The notes: generated by a model from the sequence alone, not told the origin. Positions 50,022 to 61,912 are shown, counted from the first letter of the stretch. The stretch is 64,000 nt of DNA from Planctomycetota bacterium (GCA_046290465.1 JBKAGP010000001.1:5664001-5728000), one strand, 5' to 3'. Numbers and translations are program-made.

Positions 50022-51484
50022 GTCCGCTCGCGCTGATCGCGCTGTTCCTGCCGCAGGAGCCGGCGTCCGAAGGTCCGGTCCAGAAGCCGCCGAAGCCGGA
50101 CGAGGCGATGTACGTCGAGATCGTCGACGTGCCGCTGCCCGCCGACTGCGTGCTCGAGGTTGGCGGCCTGGTGCTGCAGGGCGACACGATGTTCGCGGCG
50201 ACGCGCCGCGGCGAGGTGTGGCGCATCGAAGGCGTCAGCACCGCGCAGCCGAAGGCGACGCTGTGGGCCGAGGGCCTGATGGAGCCGCTCGGGCTGCTCG
50301 AACGCGACGGCTGGCTCTACTGCGCGCAGCGCGCCGAACTGTCGCGCATGCGCGACGCCGACGGCGACGGCCGCATGGACGAGCTTGAGACGGTCGCCGA
50401 CGGCTGGCCGATCTCGGGCAACTACCACGAGTACTGCTTCGGTCCGACGATCGCCGGCGACGGTTCGTTCTGGCTGACGTTGAACAAGCCGTTCGGCGGC
50501 GAGCCGTTCGGCAAGGCGCCGTGGCGCGGCTGGGCGATCCGGATCCCGGCCGCAGGCGGCTCGTTCGAGCCGGTCTGCGCCGGGCTGCGTTCGCCGGCCG
50601 GCGTCGGCACCGCGCCGGACGGAGTCGTCTGGTACACCGACAACCAGGGCGAATGGTGCGCCAACAGCAAGTTCACGCCGCTGCAGCCGGGTGAGTTCCA
50701 CGGCCACCCGCACGGTATCGAGTCGTGCAAGCGAAAGGAGTCGAAGGTCGAGCATCCCGGCGAGGTGCCGAGCGGCCTGCGCATGGCCGAGGCCGCCGCC
50801 ACGATCCCGAACTTCACGCTGCCGGCGGTCTGGATCCCGTACGACAAGTGCGGACGTTCGCCGGGCGGGTTCGTCTGGGACACGGCTGGCAACTTCCCGC
50901 CGTTCCAGGGCCAGGTGTTCTGCGGCGACCAGTACTCGTCGGAGGTGTTCCGGATGTCGCTCGAGAAGGTCGGCGGCCGCTTCCAGGGTGCCTGCTACCC
51001 GTTCCGTCGCGGCCTCAAGAGCGGCATCACGCGGGTCGTATGGGGCCAGCAGGGCACGCTCTGGTGCGGTTTGACCAACCGCGGCTGGGGGTCGCTCGGC
51101 GGCAGCACCGAAGGGCTGCAGCGGCTGGTCTGGAAGGGCGTGATTCCGTTCGAGCTGAAGGAGATCACCGCGCGGAAGGACGGCTTCCGGGTCACGTTCA
51201 CGCAGCCGATCTTCGCTGGCTCGGCGCTGCCGCCGAGCTTCTCGATCGAGAGCTGGACCTACGACCACCACAAGGCCTACGGCTGCCCGCCGCGCGACAC
51301 GCGCCCGCATGCGGTGCGCGCCTGCGCCGTCAGCGCCGACGGCATGTCGGTCGACCTCGTCGTCGACGACCTCGAGCTGTGCCGGGTCTACGCGATCGAC
51401 TGCGCGGGCGTGCTGGCCGCGGCCGGCAAGGAGCGCACGCTGCACGGCGTCGGCTACTACACGCGCAACCGCGCGCCGGAGTAG
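50015..51484 (+). CDS. Secreted beta-propeller protein (glucose/sorbosone dehydrogenase-like)
   Basis: EPLGL, DADGDG, GNYHEY.FG, GLRSP.G, TDNQGEW; overlaps cytochrome stop. Confidence 0.75.
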   Translation: MVSPLALIALFLPQEPASEGPVQKPPKPDEAMYVEIVDVPLPADCVLEVGGLVLQGDTMFAATRRGEVWRIEGVSTAQPKATLWAEGLMEPLGLLERDGWLYCAQRAELSRMRDADGDGRMDELETVADGWPISGNYHEYCFGPTIAGDGSFWLTLNKPFGGEPFGKAPWRGWAIRIPAAGGSFEPVCAGLRSPAGVGTAPDGVVWYTDNQGEWCANSKFTPLQPGEFHGHPHGIESCKRKESKVEHPGEVPSGLRMAEAAATIPNFTLPAVWIPYDKCGRSPGGFVWDTAGNFPPFQGQVFCGDQYSSEVFRMSLEKVGGRFQGACYPFRRGLKSGITRVVWGQQGTLWCGLTNRGWGSLGGSTEGLQRLVWKGVIPFELKEITARKDGFRVTFTQPIFAGSALPPSFSIESWTYDHHKAYGCPPRDTRPHAVRACAVSADGMSVDLVVDDLELCRVYAIDCAGVLAAAGKERTLHGVGYYTRNRAPE

Positions 51485-51511
51485 CGGCCCGACCCGTCTC
51501 GAACGGGCGTC

Positions 51512-52006
51512 TCAGCGGGCGCGTTCGGCGGCGATGCGCCGCTCGACCTCGGCCGGGTCGAGCACCAGCGTGACGTGCTCGGTGCCGCCCGGCGCGATCG
51601 TCACGTCGGTCCACGGCAGGTAGGCGGCGGGGTTGAGGCTGCCGACCGTGCGGCCGGCGCACACGCCGACGTACTGGTGCCACGGTCCGTCGGCGTCGGG
51701 TTTGGTCATCGCGCCCGAGACCTCGGCGAACGAGAACCGCCCGTCGTCGTCGGTGCAGGTTTCGCCGGTCTGCCAGCGGGTCGCGAGGCCGCCGTAGACG
51801 CGCACCGGCGTGTCGGCGACCGGGCGGCCGCGGCCGTCGACGACGACGCCGGTCAGCATCGGCGCGGTCTCGTCGACCGCCTCGTCTCGTGCTTCGAAGA
51901 CCTCGTCGTCGTGCGTGCTGCGGGCGGTGCAGTTGCAGGTGGTGACGTGGACGCAGGCAGAACCGGCCAGCGCGAGCGACAGGCTGACGAGCAGGAACGG
52001 GCGCAT
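51512..52006 (-). CDS. Small lipoprotein with carboxypeptidase-regulatory-like domain
   Basis: LAGSAC lipobox; GVVVDGRGRPV...TDDDGRF. Confidence 0.7.
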   Translation of the reverse strand: MRPFLLVSLSLALAGSACVHVTTCNCTARSTHDDEVFEARDEAVDETAPMLTGVVVDGRGRPVADTPVRVYGGLATRWQTGETCTDDDGRFSFAEVSGAMTKPDADGPWHQYVGVCAGRTVGSLNPAAYLPWTDVTIAPGGTEHVTLVLDPAEVERRIAAERAR

Positions 52007-52056
52007 GCCGGCATGCTACCGGCCGCGCCTGCTGCAAGGGTCGACCCGGGCATCGC

Positions 52057-53511
<1,455 letters not shown>

Positions 53512-53535
53512 CGCGGCGAGCGTAACGCCGCGCCG

Positions 53536-56133
53536 CTACTTCGCGAACGCTTCGCGGATCCGCACGGCGCGGGCCAGGCCGTCGCGCGACTGCAGCAGCT
53601 TCTTCTCGATGTCCGGGCTCAGCCGCGACTCGGCCAGGAACGCGTCGACGATCGCCAGCGCCTCCTTCGAGCTGTGGCCGTTGACGAACGCGTCGAGCCA
53701 CGCCGGCATGAAGAAGATGCGCCGGTTCTGCTTGACCCACTCGACCTGGTCGAGCGCCTTGCGCAGGTACGGCAGCGTCAGCGCCTGCTGCCGCGGCCAG
53801 TGGAAGTAGCCGAGGCTGTCCTGGGTCCACTGCTCCGGCGGCGTGCCGAGCTCGAGATACTGCCGCCAGTAGCGCTCCTTGCTGCTGGCGGTCGGCGTTG
53901 CGGCCTCGGTCAGGAACGCGTCCTTGCCGACGTCCTGTTCGGCGAACGCGTCGCGCAGCTTCTGGTAGGTGCCGTCGTCCTTGCCGGCGGCGACGAGCGC
54001 GGCCGCGGCCAGGAAGCGGTCGCGGCGGCCGGTCTGCAGGCCCTGGATGGTGGCTTCGCCGCGCGCGACCAGCCGGCACACGTCGAGCACCTTCGGCTCG
54101 TCGCTGTGCCACGCCAGGAAGCGGAAGATGGTGACCTCGCGGCCGCTGGCCTCGCCGTCGGTCAGCTGCGCGAGCAGCAGTTCGACGGCGCGCCGCCACA
54201 GGTCGGCGCTGCGCTCGGCGGGCAGGTAGCGGGTCAGGCAGGTGCCGAGCCGCGACAGCAGCCAGCGGTGGGTGTCGGCGTCGGCCTCGACGGCGAGCAT
54301 CGCCAGCAGCGTCTCGACGAACCGCGCCGGGTCGAGTTCGGCCTCGCGCACGGCCTCGTAGAGCGCCGTCGTGCCGCACGCGCGCACCAGCGGGTCCGGC
54401 TCGCGCGGCAGGTTGTCGAGCAGCCACGCGACGCTGGCCGCGTCCGGCACGAACTGTCCGTAGGCAACGTCCTGCGGGTTGGCGAGGATCGCCGCGGGCG
54501 CGTCGCGGCCGACCAGCGCCGAAACCGCAGTCGTGGCCGCGTCGGTCGCGACCGTGATCGTGTCGCGGCTGCCGTCGGCGCCGAACACCAGCAGCTCGAG
54601 GTCGATCGGCCAGGTGCCGTCACCGCCGAGCGCGCGCTGCGTCACGTTCGCCTCGCGCACCTTGCCGGCATCGTCGACCGACCAGGCGACGCGCACCTGC
54701 GGCATCGACGGCGCCAGCAGCCAGCGTTCGGACCAGCGGCGGAGGTCCTGTCGCGCCGCGCCCTCGAGCGCGGCCGCCAGGTCCTGCCAGGTGGCGCTGC
54801 CGTAGGCGTGCTTGTCGAGGAAGCGCTTGACGCCGGTCTGGAACACCTCCGGGCCGAGCTGCGCGAACAGCGCGCGCAGCACCGCCGGTGCCTTGTTGTA
54901 GACGATCGCTCCGTACGCCGACTTGGCATCGGCGAGGTTCTGCAGCTCCTGGAACACCGGCGTCGTGCCAGGGGTCGCGTCGACCGCGTAGGCGCGCGGC
55001 TTGACCCGCTGCAGGAAGCGCAGCCAGGCACGCTGTCCGGGTTCGAGCGCCGCCATCGCGCGATAGCCGAAGAACGTCGCGAAGCCCTCCTTGAGCCACA
55101 GATCGTCGAACCACTTCATCGTCACCAGGTTGCCGAACCACTGGTGGCTCAGCTCGTGGTAGACGAGCGTGCTGCGGCGGACCTGTTCGTCGACGGTCGG
55201 CTCGTGGTCGAACACCAACGACGCCTCGCGGTAGAAGATCGCGCCGGCGTGCTCCATGCCGCCGTACGGGAAGCCGGGCAGCAGCACCAGGTCGAGCTTG
55301 CCGAACGGGTAGGGCACGTCGAAGGTGCTGGCGAGCCAGGCGAGGCCTTCGTGGTGCAGGCGGATGATCGTCTCGCGGTCGAAGTCCTGCAGCTTCGACG
55401 CGCGCAGCAGGATGCGCATCGGATCGTCGCTGGTGACGCCGGGCACCTGCGGGTGCGGGGGCGTGACCTCCGCGAACGGTCCGCACGCGAACGCGAACAG
55501 GTAGGTCGGCAGGGGCTTGCTCTGCGCGAACCGCAGCAGCTTGCCGGCCGGCGCGGACTCCGGCTCGGGGTCGGTCGGGTCGACCGGCGCGGTGTTGGCG
55601 ACCGCGGTCCACCTCTGCGGCACGTCGAGTTCGAGCCGGAACTTCGCGCGCAGGTCCGGCTGGTCGAAGCACGGGAACAGCCCGTGCGCGTCGGCCGGCA
55701 CCAGCAGCGTGTAGTAGTAATCGAGCCCGTCGGCCTGGTCGCGATAGACGGTCAGCGGCGTGCCGGTCGGCGCGACCTTGGACGTGAACTCGGCGCGCAC
55801 GCCGTTGAGGCCGTCGCCGAGCAGATCGGCCGGCACGATCAGGTGGTTGGCCTTGCGGATCAGCTCGACCTCGCGGTTGTTGACCAGCACGTTGCGGATC
55901 GACTCGCCGGCGAAGTCGAGCACCAGCGGTTCGCGTTCGCCCGGCTCGCGGAACTGGAACCGGATCGAGATCATGCCGGTGACCTCGTCGGTGCGGTCGC
56001 CGATCTGGAAGTGCAGGTCGTACTCGACGTCGCGCAGGGTGGCGGCCCGTTCGCGGGCGAGCGCGCGGTCGATGCCGGGGGTGGGATCCTGGGGCATGAG
56101 GATGGCGACGAGGCTGACGGCGGCGAGCATCAC
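53536..56133 (-). CDS. M1 family aminopeptidase (PepN-like)
   Basis: FPCFDQPD, GGMEH, HELSHQWFG...LKEGFA, YNK. Confidence 0.95.
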   Translation of the reverse strand: MMLAAVSLVAILMPQDPTPGIDRALARERAATLRDVEYDLHFQIGDRTDEVTGMISIRFQFREPGEREPLVLDFAGESIRNVLVNNREVELIRKANHLIVPADLLGDGLNGVRAEFTSKVAPTGTPLTVYRDQADGLDYYYTLLVPADAHGLFPCFDQPDLRAKFRLELDVPQRWTAVANTAPVDPTDPEPESAPAGKLLRFAQSKPLPTYLFAFACGPFAEVTPPHPQVPGVTSDDPMRILLRASKLQDFDRETIIRLHHEGLAWLASTFDVPYPFGKLDLVLLPGFPYGGMEHAGAIFYREASLVFDHEPTVDEQVRRSTLVYHELSHQWFGNLVTMKWFDDLWLKEGFATFFGYRAMAALEPGQRAWLRFLQRVKPRAYAVDATPGTTPVFQELQNLADAKSAYGAIVYNKAPAVLRALFAQLGPEVFQTGVKRFLDKHAYGSATWQDLAAALEGAARQDLRRWSERWLLAPSMPQVRVAWSVDDAGKVREANVTQRALGGDGTWPIDLELLVFGADGSRDTITVATDAATTAVSALVGRDAPAAILANPQDVAYGQFVPDAASVAWLLDNLPREPDPLVRACGTTALYEAVREAELDPARFVETLLAMLAVEADADTHRWLLSRLGTCLTRYLPAERSADLWRRAVELLLAQLTDGEASGREVTIFRFLAWHSDEPKVLDVCRLVARGEATIQGLQTGRRDRFLAAAALVAAGKDDGTYQKLRDAFAEQDVGKDAFLTEAATPTASSKERYWRQYLELGTPPEQWTQDSLGYFHWPRQQALTLPYLRKALDQVEWVKQNRRIFFMPAWLDAFVNGHSSKEALAIVDAFLAESRLSPDIEKKLLQSRDGLARAVRIREAFAK

Positions 56134-56201
56134 GGCCCCAGTCTAGTGCCTGACGTGCCGTGCACTACGCCCTGACGGCGAACGGACGTGGCGCGACGCC
56201 G

Positions 56202-56534
56202 TCAGCAGCTCGGCGCCCAGGCGGCCGCCAGCGCGGCGTTGGTGATCGCCGTGTGCGAGGCGTGCCAGGCCGGTCGGCCCTGCTCGAACAGGATCGCCTG
56301 CGGCGACTCGTGCGCGACGCCGCACCGTTCGGCGATGCCGCGGGCGACCGAGCGCGACGACACCACGTCGACGAACAGGGTCGGCACGTCCGGGTGGTCG
56401 AGCTTGAACATCTCGTACTCGGCGCGGGCCGTGCCGCTGACCGGGCAGGTGGGACTGTGCTTGAACAGCAGCACGCGCGGCTGCTGGATGGCGGTTTCGA
56501 ACGCTTCGAGATCGCGGAGAACCTGTTCTGTCAT
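56202..56534 (-). CDS. ytxJ: BrxC/YtxJ monothiol bacilliredoxin-like protein (DUF2847)
   Basis: FKHSPTCPVS and HESPQAIL...WHASH. Confidence 0.88.
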   Translation of the reverse strand: MTEQVLRDLEAFETAIQQPRVLLFKHSPTCPVSGTARAEYEMFKLDHPDVPTLFVDVVSSRSVARGIAERCGVAHESPQAILFEQGRPAWHASHTAITNAALAAAWAPSC

Positions 56535-56550
56535 GGCTGCTTCCTGCCGT

Positions 56551-57234
56551 TCACGGCAGCACGCGGACGTGGCCCTGGTCGTCGGCGATCACGATCCGGC
56601 CGGCCATGCCGACGAACAGTCCGTGATCGACCACGCCGACGGTCGCGTCGAGGCGAGTCGCGAGCGCCGCCGGATCGGGGATGCCATCGTAGCGACAATC
56701 GAGGATCCAGTTGCCGTTGTCGGTGACCAGCGGCTGGTCGCCGTCCTGGCGCAGCTCGGTGGTGCAGCCGGTCGCCTCGACGCGCCGTCGCGCGTGCGTC
56801 CAGCCGAACGGGATCACCTCGACCGGCAGCCGGAAGGCCGCGCCGAGCACGTCGACCATCTTGTTCTCGCCGACGATCACGACCAGTTCGTCGGCGGTCG
56901 CGGCGACCAGCCGCTCGCGCGTGTGGGCCGCGCCGCCGCCCTTGATCAGGTGCTTGTGCGGATCGACCTCGTCGGCGCCGTCGATCGCGAGGTCCAGGCG
57001 CTCGACGTTGTCGAGCGAGACCAGCGGGATGCCCTTCTGCTCGGCGACCTCGGCGGTGCCGGCGCTGGTCGGCGTGCCGCGCACCTGCAGACCCTCGTCG
57101 CGGATCCGTTCGGCCAGCCGGTCGAGCACGAACAAGAACGTCGAGCCGCTGCCGAGGCCGATCGTCATGCCGTCCTGGACCAGATCCGCGGCGGCGTAGG
57201 CCGCCGCACGCTTGGCGACGTTCGCGTCAGTCAT
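56551..57234 (-). CDS. rpiA: Ribose-5-phosphate isomerase A
   Basis: GLGSGST, DGADEVD, IKGGG, PVEV, TDNGN, HGLF. Confidence 0.96.
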   Translation of the reverse strand: MTDANVAKRAAAYAAADLVQDGMTIGLGSGSTFLFVLDRLAERIRDEGLQVRGTPTSAGTAEVAEQKGIPLVSLDNVERLDLAIDGADEVDPHKHLIKGGGAAHTRERLVAATADELVVIVGENKMVDVLGAAFRLPVEVIPFGWTHARRRVEATGCTTELRQDGDQPLVTDNGNWILDCRYDGIPDPAALATRLDATVGVVDHGLFVGMAGRIVIADDQGHVRVLP

Positions 57235-57240
57235 CCACAC

Positions 57241-57250
57241 AACGTATGGT
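57241..57250. promoter_or_regulatory. Overlapping divergent -10 elements
   Basis: TACGTT on minus strand 6 nt before rpiA ATG; TATGGT on plus strand 10-13 nt before the next start; starts only 29 bp apart. Confidence 0.5.
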
Positions 57251-57263
57251 CTCCGGCCTCGTG

Positions 57264-58901
57264 ATGCGATTCCCGTTCGTCGTGGTGTGGGTGGTGGCGA
57301 TGGCCCAGGCGCAGGCGCCGCTGACGACGACGTTCGCCAGCAACAACCAGGGCGCGCCGGGCGGCATGGTCTACTTCGACCTCGAGGTGCTCGACCCGGC
57401 CGGCGTCACCGTCACGCAGCTCGACTGCAACGTCGCGTCGGCGAGCGGCGAGCTGGAGGTCTACGTGACGCCGGGCGGCCACGCCGGCAACGAGGCCAAC
57501 GCCGCGGCGTGGACGCTGGCCGCGCGCGGCCCGATCACGCCGGCCGGGATCGACCAGCCGTCGGTCGGCTGCCTCGGGCCCGGCTTCCACCTGGTGCCCG
57601 GCGTGCACGGCATCGCCGTGCGCGGCGATGGCATGGTGCACCGCTACACCAACGTCGCGACGCCGCAGGTGTTCGCCAACGGCGACCTGCAGCTGACCGC
57701 GGGGGCCGCGTCGAACCTGCCGTGGGGCGGGGCGCAGTACGTGCCGCGGATCTGGAACGGCGCGGTGCACTACCACAGCGGCAGCGGCGGAGCCGGCACC
57801 TGTGCCTACGTCGAACGGCTCGGCGAGGGTTGCTACGCCGGTGCGACGACCTTCTACGAACGGTTCGACGGGCTCGCGTCGGTCGACCTGTCCGGCAGCG
57901 TCGCGATGCCGTTCACGCTGCACGCGACCGCGGCCGGCGCGGCCGGCTACGCGGTGGTGCCGGGTGTGCCGCAGTGGTTCGTGCCGCAGGGCGTGCCGAT
58001 CGGCGACAACCAGCCGGTGCCCGGCACGCTCGACGACGACGACGTCGGCGAACCGCTGCAGCTGCCGTTCGTGTTCGCGTTTCCCGGTGGCAGCACCAGC
58101 GTCGTGCACGCGACCGCCAACGGCGAGGTCTACCTCGGCGCCAGCGCCGCGCTGCTCGCCGACGTGACGCCGTCGGGCCTCGAGCTGACGACGGCGGCGC
58201 CGCGGCTGGCCCCGCTGTGGTGCGACCTCGAGCCGCTCGCCAACCTGCCGAGCAACGGCCAGAGCGGCGTCTACTACGACGTCGCCGCCAACGGCAGCGA
58301 GGCCTACGTGACCTGGCTCGACGTCGCCGACGGCCGCGGCGGGCCACCGCCGGCCGGCGCGACCAGCGTGTCGGTGCAGTGCGTGCTGCGCAGCGACGGC
58401 AGCTTCACGTTCCGCTACGCGCAGCTCCTGGCGGGACCGGGAACGGGGCGGGTGGTGGTCGGCTTCGGGCCGGGCGGCGGGGCGCCGGATCCGGGTGCGC
58501 GCGACCTCGACCAGAGCCTGCCGTTTGCGACCGACGGGCCCGATCGCTATCCGCTGGCGCATACCTGCACGCTGCCGCGGATCGGCGCGGCGCTGTCGTT
58601 CGCGGTCGCGCGCGTCGAGACGGCGAACGTCGCGTTCCTGATGCTCGGCGACGTGGCGGCGCCTGCCGGCGTCGACCTCGGCGCGGTCGGGGCGCCCGGG
58701 TGCCGCGCCTACACCAACGTCGTCGGCAGCGTGCCGGTATCGGTGGCGCAGCCGGCCGGAACGGGCAGCTACGCGCTGTCGGTCCCGGCCGATCCGGCGC
58801 TGGTCGGCGCGAGCTACGTGTCGCAGTTCGTCGCACCGGGCAGCGGCAACGCGCTGCAGGCGGTGACGTCGAACGGCCTGCGCTGGACGATCGGGAGCTG
58901 A
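57264..58901 (+). CDS. Secreted protein with nidogen-like region and conserved C-terminal domain
   Basis: Signal peptide AMAQAQ; DDD...LPFVFAFPG...NG...LAPLWCDL; tail P.IG...VPADPAL.G...SQF...TSNG. Confidence 0.8.
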   Translation: MRFPFVVVWVVAMAQAQAPLTTTFASNNQGAPGGMVYFDLEVLDPAGVTVTQLDCNVASASGELEVYVTPGGHAGNEANAAAWTLAARGPITPAGIDQPSVGCLGPGFHLVPGVHGIAVRGDGMVHRYTNVATPQVFANGDLQLTAGAASNLPWGGAQYVPRIWNGAVHYHSGSGGAGTCAYVERLGEGCYAGATTFYERFDGLASVDLSGSVAMPFTLHATAAGAAGYAVVPGVPQWFVPQGVPIGDNQPVPGTLDDDDVGEPLQLPFVFAFPGGSTSVVHATANGEVYLGASAALLADVTPSGLELTTAAPRLAPLWCDLEPLANLPSNGQSGVYYDVAANGSEAYVTWLDVADGRGGPPPAGATSVSVQCVLRSDGSFTFRYAQLLAGPGTGRVVVGFGPGGGAPDPGARDLDQSLPFATDGPDRYPLAHTCTLPRIGAALSFAVARVETANVAFLMLGDVAAPAGVDLGAVGAPGCRAYTNVVGSVPVSVAQPAGTGSYALSVPADPALVGASYVSQFVAPGSGNALQAVTSNGLRWTIGS

Positions 58902-58951
58902 ACGCCGAGCCTCGCTTCTGCGGTGGCGGCCCGCATGCCGATAGCGTCGGC

Positions 58952-61912
58952 ATGCGCCGCTTCCTCAGCCTCTGCCTGCTCGGGATCCTCGTCGGTTGTG
59001 CGGCCGAGCCGCCGCTGCGCCAGTCGGTGGCCGCACCGATCGCGCTCGGCTCGATCGTCGACGACCGGCTCGGGGTCTGGCCGCTCGATCGCAAGCCGAC
59101 CCGCACCTGGCAGGCGCTGCGCGGCACCTCCCAGGAGATCGCGCGACGCGACCGTTCGCTGATCGTCGGCTTCGACGACGAGGTGATCCGCGAGGTGCGC
59201 TACTTCTTCGGGCGCTCGTTCTCCGAGAGCGGTTACGAGGACCTCGAGCCGACCCACACGATCGTCGTGTTCGCGCAGCCGAAGGGCAGCGAAGACGTCG
59301 TCCGACCGCTGCTGTCGGAGGCGGGCCTCGAGCCGACGCGCATCCTCGGACTCGACCCCGGCGAGTGGCTGACGACGGCGACGGTCGATCCGGACTGGGT
59401 GCTGCGGTGGATCGACGGGCGCGTGCACAGCGCCGTGCGCGGTCCGGCCGGCAAGGCCATGGTCGACGTGCTGCGCTACCGCGACGTCGACGACCTCGCC
59501 GCGATCGGCGAGGTCCGAGGCCGCCGCACCGACATGCTGCGGATCCTTGCGATGGTGCGGCAGCCGGCGGTGCCGGACACCGGCAGCTGGCACGCCGACA
59601 TCGCCGCCTTGTGCGAACGCTACTACGCGCAGCAGCTCGAGCCGTTCGCCGAGCGGATGGCGGCGATCGACGCGCGCATGCAGCGGGCGCGCGGATTCGA
59701 AGAACGGCTGCAGGTGTTTCGGGACATACGCACCGTCGTGATCGAGGCGCACTTCGGCGGCAAGACGCTGCTGCCGCCGGTGGCCGCGTGGCACGAACGG
59801 CATGATCGCGACTGTGTCGCGGCGCTCGATCGCATGTTCGCCGGCCAGTTCGTCGATCGCGATGCGGTCTTCGGACCGTATCATCAGTTGCGCCAGGTGA
59901 TCGGCCGTGGTCGCTGGAGCTCGCAGCGTTCGGCCGGACGATTCAGCAGCACCCGCTGCCTCGGAGTGCTCGACCACGCTGAGAAGTTCGCGGCGCTGCG
60001 GGACGCCGACGCGTTTCGTGAGTTCGGCCGTCGCCTGCGCTGGCTGCGCTCGTCGCGCACGCCGCCCGGAACCAACGCCGAATACTGGGCCAAGGTTGCG
60101 CGCGGCCAGCTGCTGGCCCGCGTCCAGCGCGACGAGGCCGAGGGCTTCGCCGTCGACGTGCTCGAACACGTGCGCCAGCAGAACCTGAAGGGGGTGTTCG
60201 GGTACCCGAAGCTGGCCGATCGGGTCGAAGCGCTCGGCGCCTCGATCGCGTGCCTCGATGCGCCGTTCGTGTCGATCGAGCGCGACCTGACGGCGCTGCA
60301 GCGCTGCGGCTTCGAACACGAGCAACTCGCCGCGACGTTCGCCGCCGCGATGGCCGAACGGCTGCGCGCCGGCTGCGACGGGCAGCCGGAGGTCGACCAG
60401 GCGGTTGCGCGCGCAGTCGCCGAGGCGCTCGGGCACGGCCACGCGTACGTGCGCACCGTGACGCACGCGCGCGCGCTCTTGGACCAGGCCCGCAAGGTGC
60501 CGACGACCGGATCGACCGACGTGCGCATGGCCGCCTACGCGCAGCTGGCGACGCGAACCGGCGAATGGGGGCCGGCGTGCGAGCTGGTCGCCGGCGAACT
60601 GTCGCTGCCGGTCGGTCGCGAGCTGGCGCGCAAGGCCGCGGCGGTGGCGCGCGTCGGCGACCACGGCCGCGCCGCGCTGCTGTTCGTGCGCGCCGCGACG
60701 CTGGGCAACCGGACCGCGCCGCCGATGACGTCGAGCTGGTCGGTACGCCGGCAGTACTCGGCGCTGGTCGCCGCCGAGAAGAAGGGCGAACTGGCCGGCG
60801 TCGACGAGCGGCTGCAGTGGCGCATCCTGGCGCGCATGCACGCCTACATGGTCGCGGTGCTGTCGCTGCCGGTCACCGCGCGGGACGAACCGATCTACGA
60901 CCTGCAGGACCGGTTCCTGCGGGCGCAGCTGGGTGGGCGCGCGCGGCTGTCGACGGTGTTGGGCCTGCGGCTGGCCGGGTTGTCCGATGTGCGCCGCAAG
61001 CGCAAGCCCGAGGAGGACGTCCGGCTGGTCGAGCTCGACGGCAAGATCGTCTGGCGTCGCAGCGGCGAGGTCGTCGACCTCAGTCGCTACCGCATCGATC
61101 GCGACGGCTGGCGACGCTACCGCGAGCTGCAGCGCGAACTCAACCAGGCCGAGGCCGACCTGCGCGCCGCGCGCAAGAGCAGCGGCACGCCGCGCGCCAC
61201 GCTGGTGCAGCAGCAGCAGGCGCTCAACGGCAAGATCGCGGAGCTCAACGAGCGCATCCAAGCGCGTTCGGTCGAACCGGCGGTGGCCAACGCCGAGATC
61301 GAACGGCTGAAGCGCGAGTCGGCGGCGCTGCAGAGCGCGATCCGCAACTTCAACCGGCGCAACGACCACATCCGCGAGATGACGCGGCGGTTCAACGCCA
61401 AGGTGCCGCCGCACAACCAGCTGCTCGAGCGCCTGCTGAAGGAGCAGGCGACGGCCTACGAACAGCTGCTGCGGCCGTCCAACGCGGAGTTCGCCGAGGC
61501 GCGCATCCGCAGCTGTGGCCGCGGCGACGACGAGCAGCAGGCGCGACGCTGGTTGCTCGGTCTCGTCGACGCTCCCGAGCTCGAAGCGGCCGTTCCGGTG
61601 CCGCATCCGGACGCGCTCGCCGCGCGCGTGCGCGACGTCAGCGATCCGGCGGTCGCGGCGCAGGACATCCTGGCGTCGCTGCGCCGCCGCCGCGACGACC
61701 AACGGCTGTGGCGCGGGGTCACGATGGAGCAGCACCTCGATGCACTGCGCGGCGCGGTGGTCGCCTACGGCCGCCAATACGGCACCGACGACCTGTTCGA
61801 GCGGGTGATGGCTTCGCCGATCGTGCCGGCCGATCGCTACGTGCAGATCCGGACGTTCTTCGACGACCAGAAGCGACGCGACGCGCTGCAGAAGCGGGTC
61901 GACGGCAAGTAG
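58952..61912 (+). CDS. Large hypothetical lipoprotein with coiled coil
   Basis: ILVGC lipobox; 986 aa; heptad-rich segment at about 61110-61470. Confidence 0.7.
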   Translation: MRRFLSLCLLGILVGCAAEPPLRQSVAAPIALGSIVDDRLGVWPLDRKPTRTWQALRGTSQEIARRDRSLIVGFDDEVIREVRYFFGRSFSESGYEDLEPTHTIVVFAQPKGSEDVVRPLLSEAGLEPTRILGLDPGEWLTTATVDPDWVLRWIDGRVHSAVRGPAGKAMVDVLRYRDVDDLAAIGEVRGRRTDMLRILAMVRQPAVPDTGSWHADIAALCERYYAQQLEPFAERMAAIDARMQRARGFEERLQVFRDIRTVVIEAHFGGKTLLPPVAAWHERHDRDCVAALDRMFAGQFVDRDAVFGPYHQLRQVIGRGRWSSQRSAGRFSSTRCLGVLDHAEKFAALRDADAFREFGRRLRWLRSSRTPPGTNAEYWAKVARGQLLARVQRDEAEGFAVDVLEHVRQQNLKGVFGYPKLADRVEALGASIACLDAPFVSIERDLTALQRCGFEHEQLAATFAAAMAERLRAGCDGQPEVDQAVARAVAEALGHGHAYVRTVTHARALLDQARKVPTTGSTDVRMAAYAQLATRTGEWGPACELVAGELSLPVGRELARKAAAVARVGDHGRAALLFVRAATLGNRTAPPMTSSWSVRRQYSALVAAEKKGELAGVDERLQWRILARMHAYMVAVLSLPVTARDEPIYDLQDRFLRAQLGGRARLSTVLGLRLAGLSDVRRKRKPEEDVRLVELDGKIVWRRSGEVVDLSRYRIDRDGWRRYRELQRELNQAEADLRAARKSSGTPRATLVQQQQALNGKIAELNERIQARSVEPAVANAEIERLKRESAALQSAIRNFNRRNDHIREMTRRFNAKVPPHNQLLERLLKEQATAYEQLLRPSNAEFAEARIRSCGRGDDEQQARRWLLGLVDAPELEAAVPVPHPDALAARVRDVSDPAVAAQDILASLRRRRDDQRLWRGVTMEQHLDALRGAVVAYGRQYGTDDLFERVMASPIVPADRYVQIRTFFDDQKRRDALQKRVDGK

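Noticed and set aside
57212..58951. N-terminal extension making a 1566-aa protein
   Set aside because: Out-of-frame overlap with the 57264-58901 gene; a lipoprotein signal marks the true start at 58952
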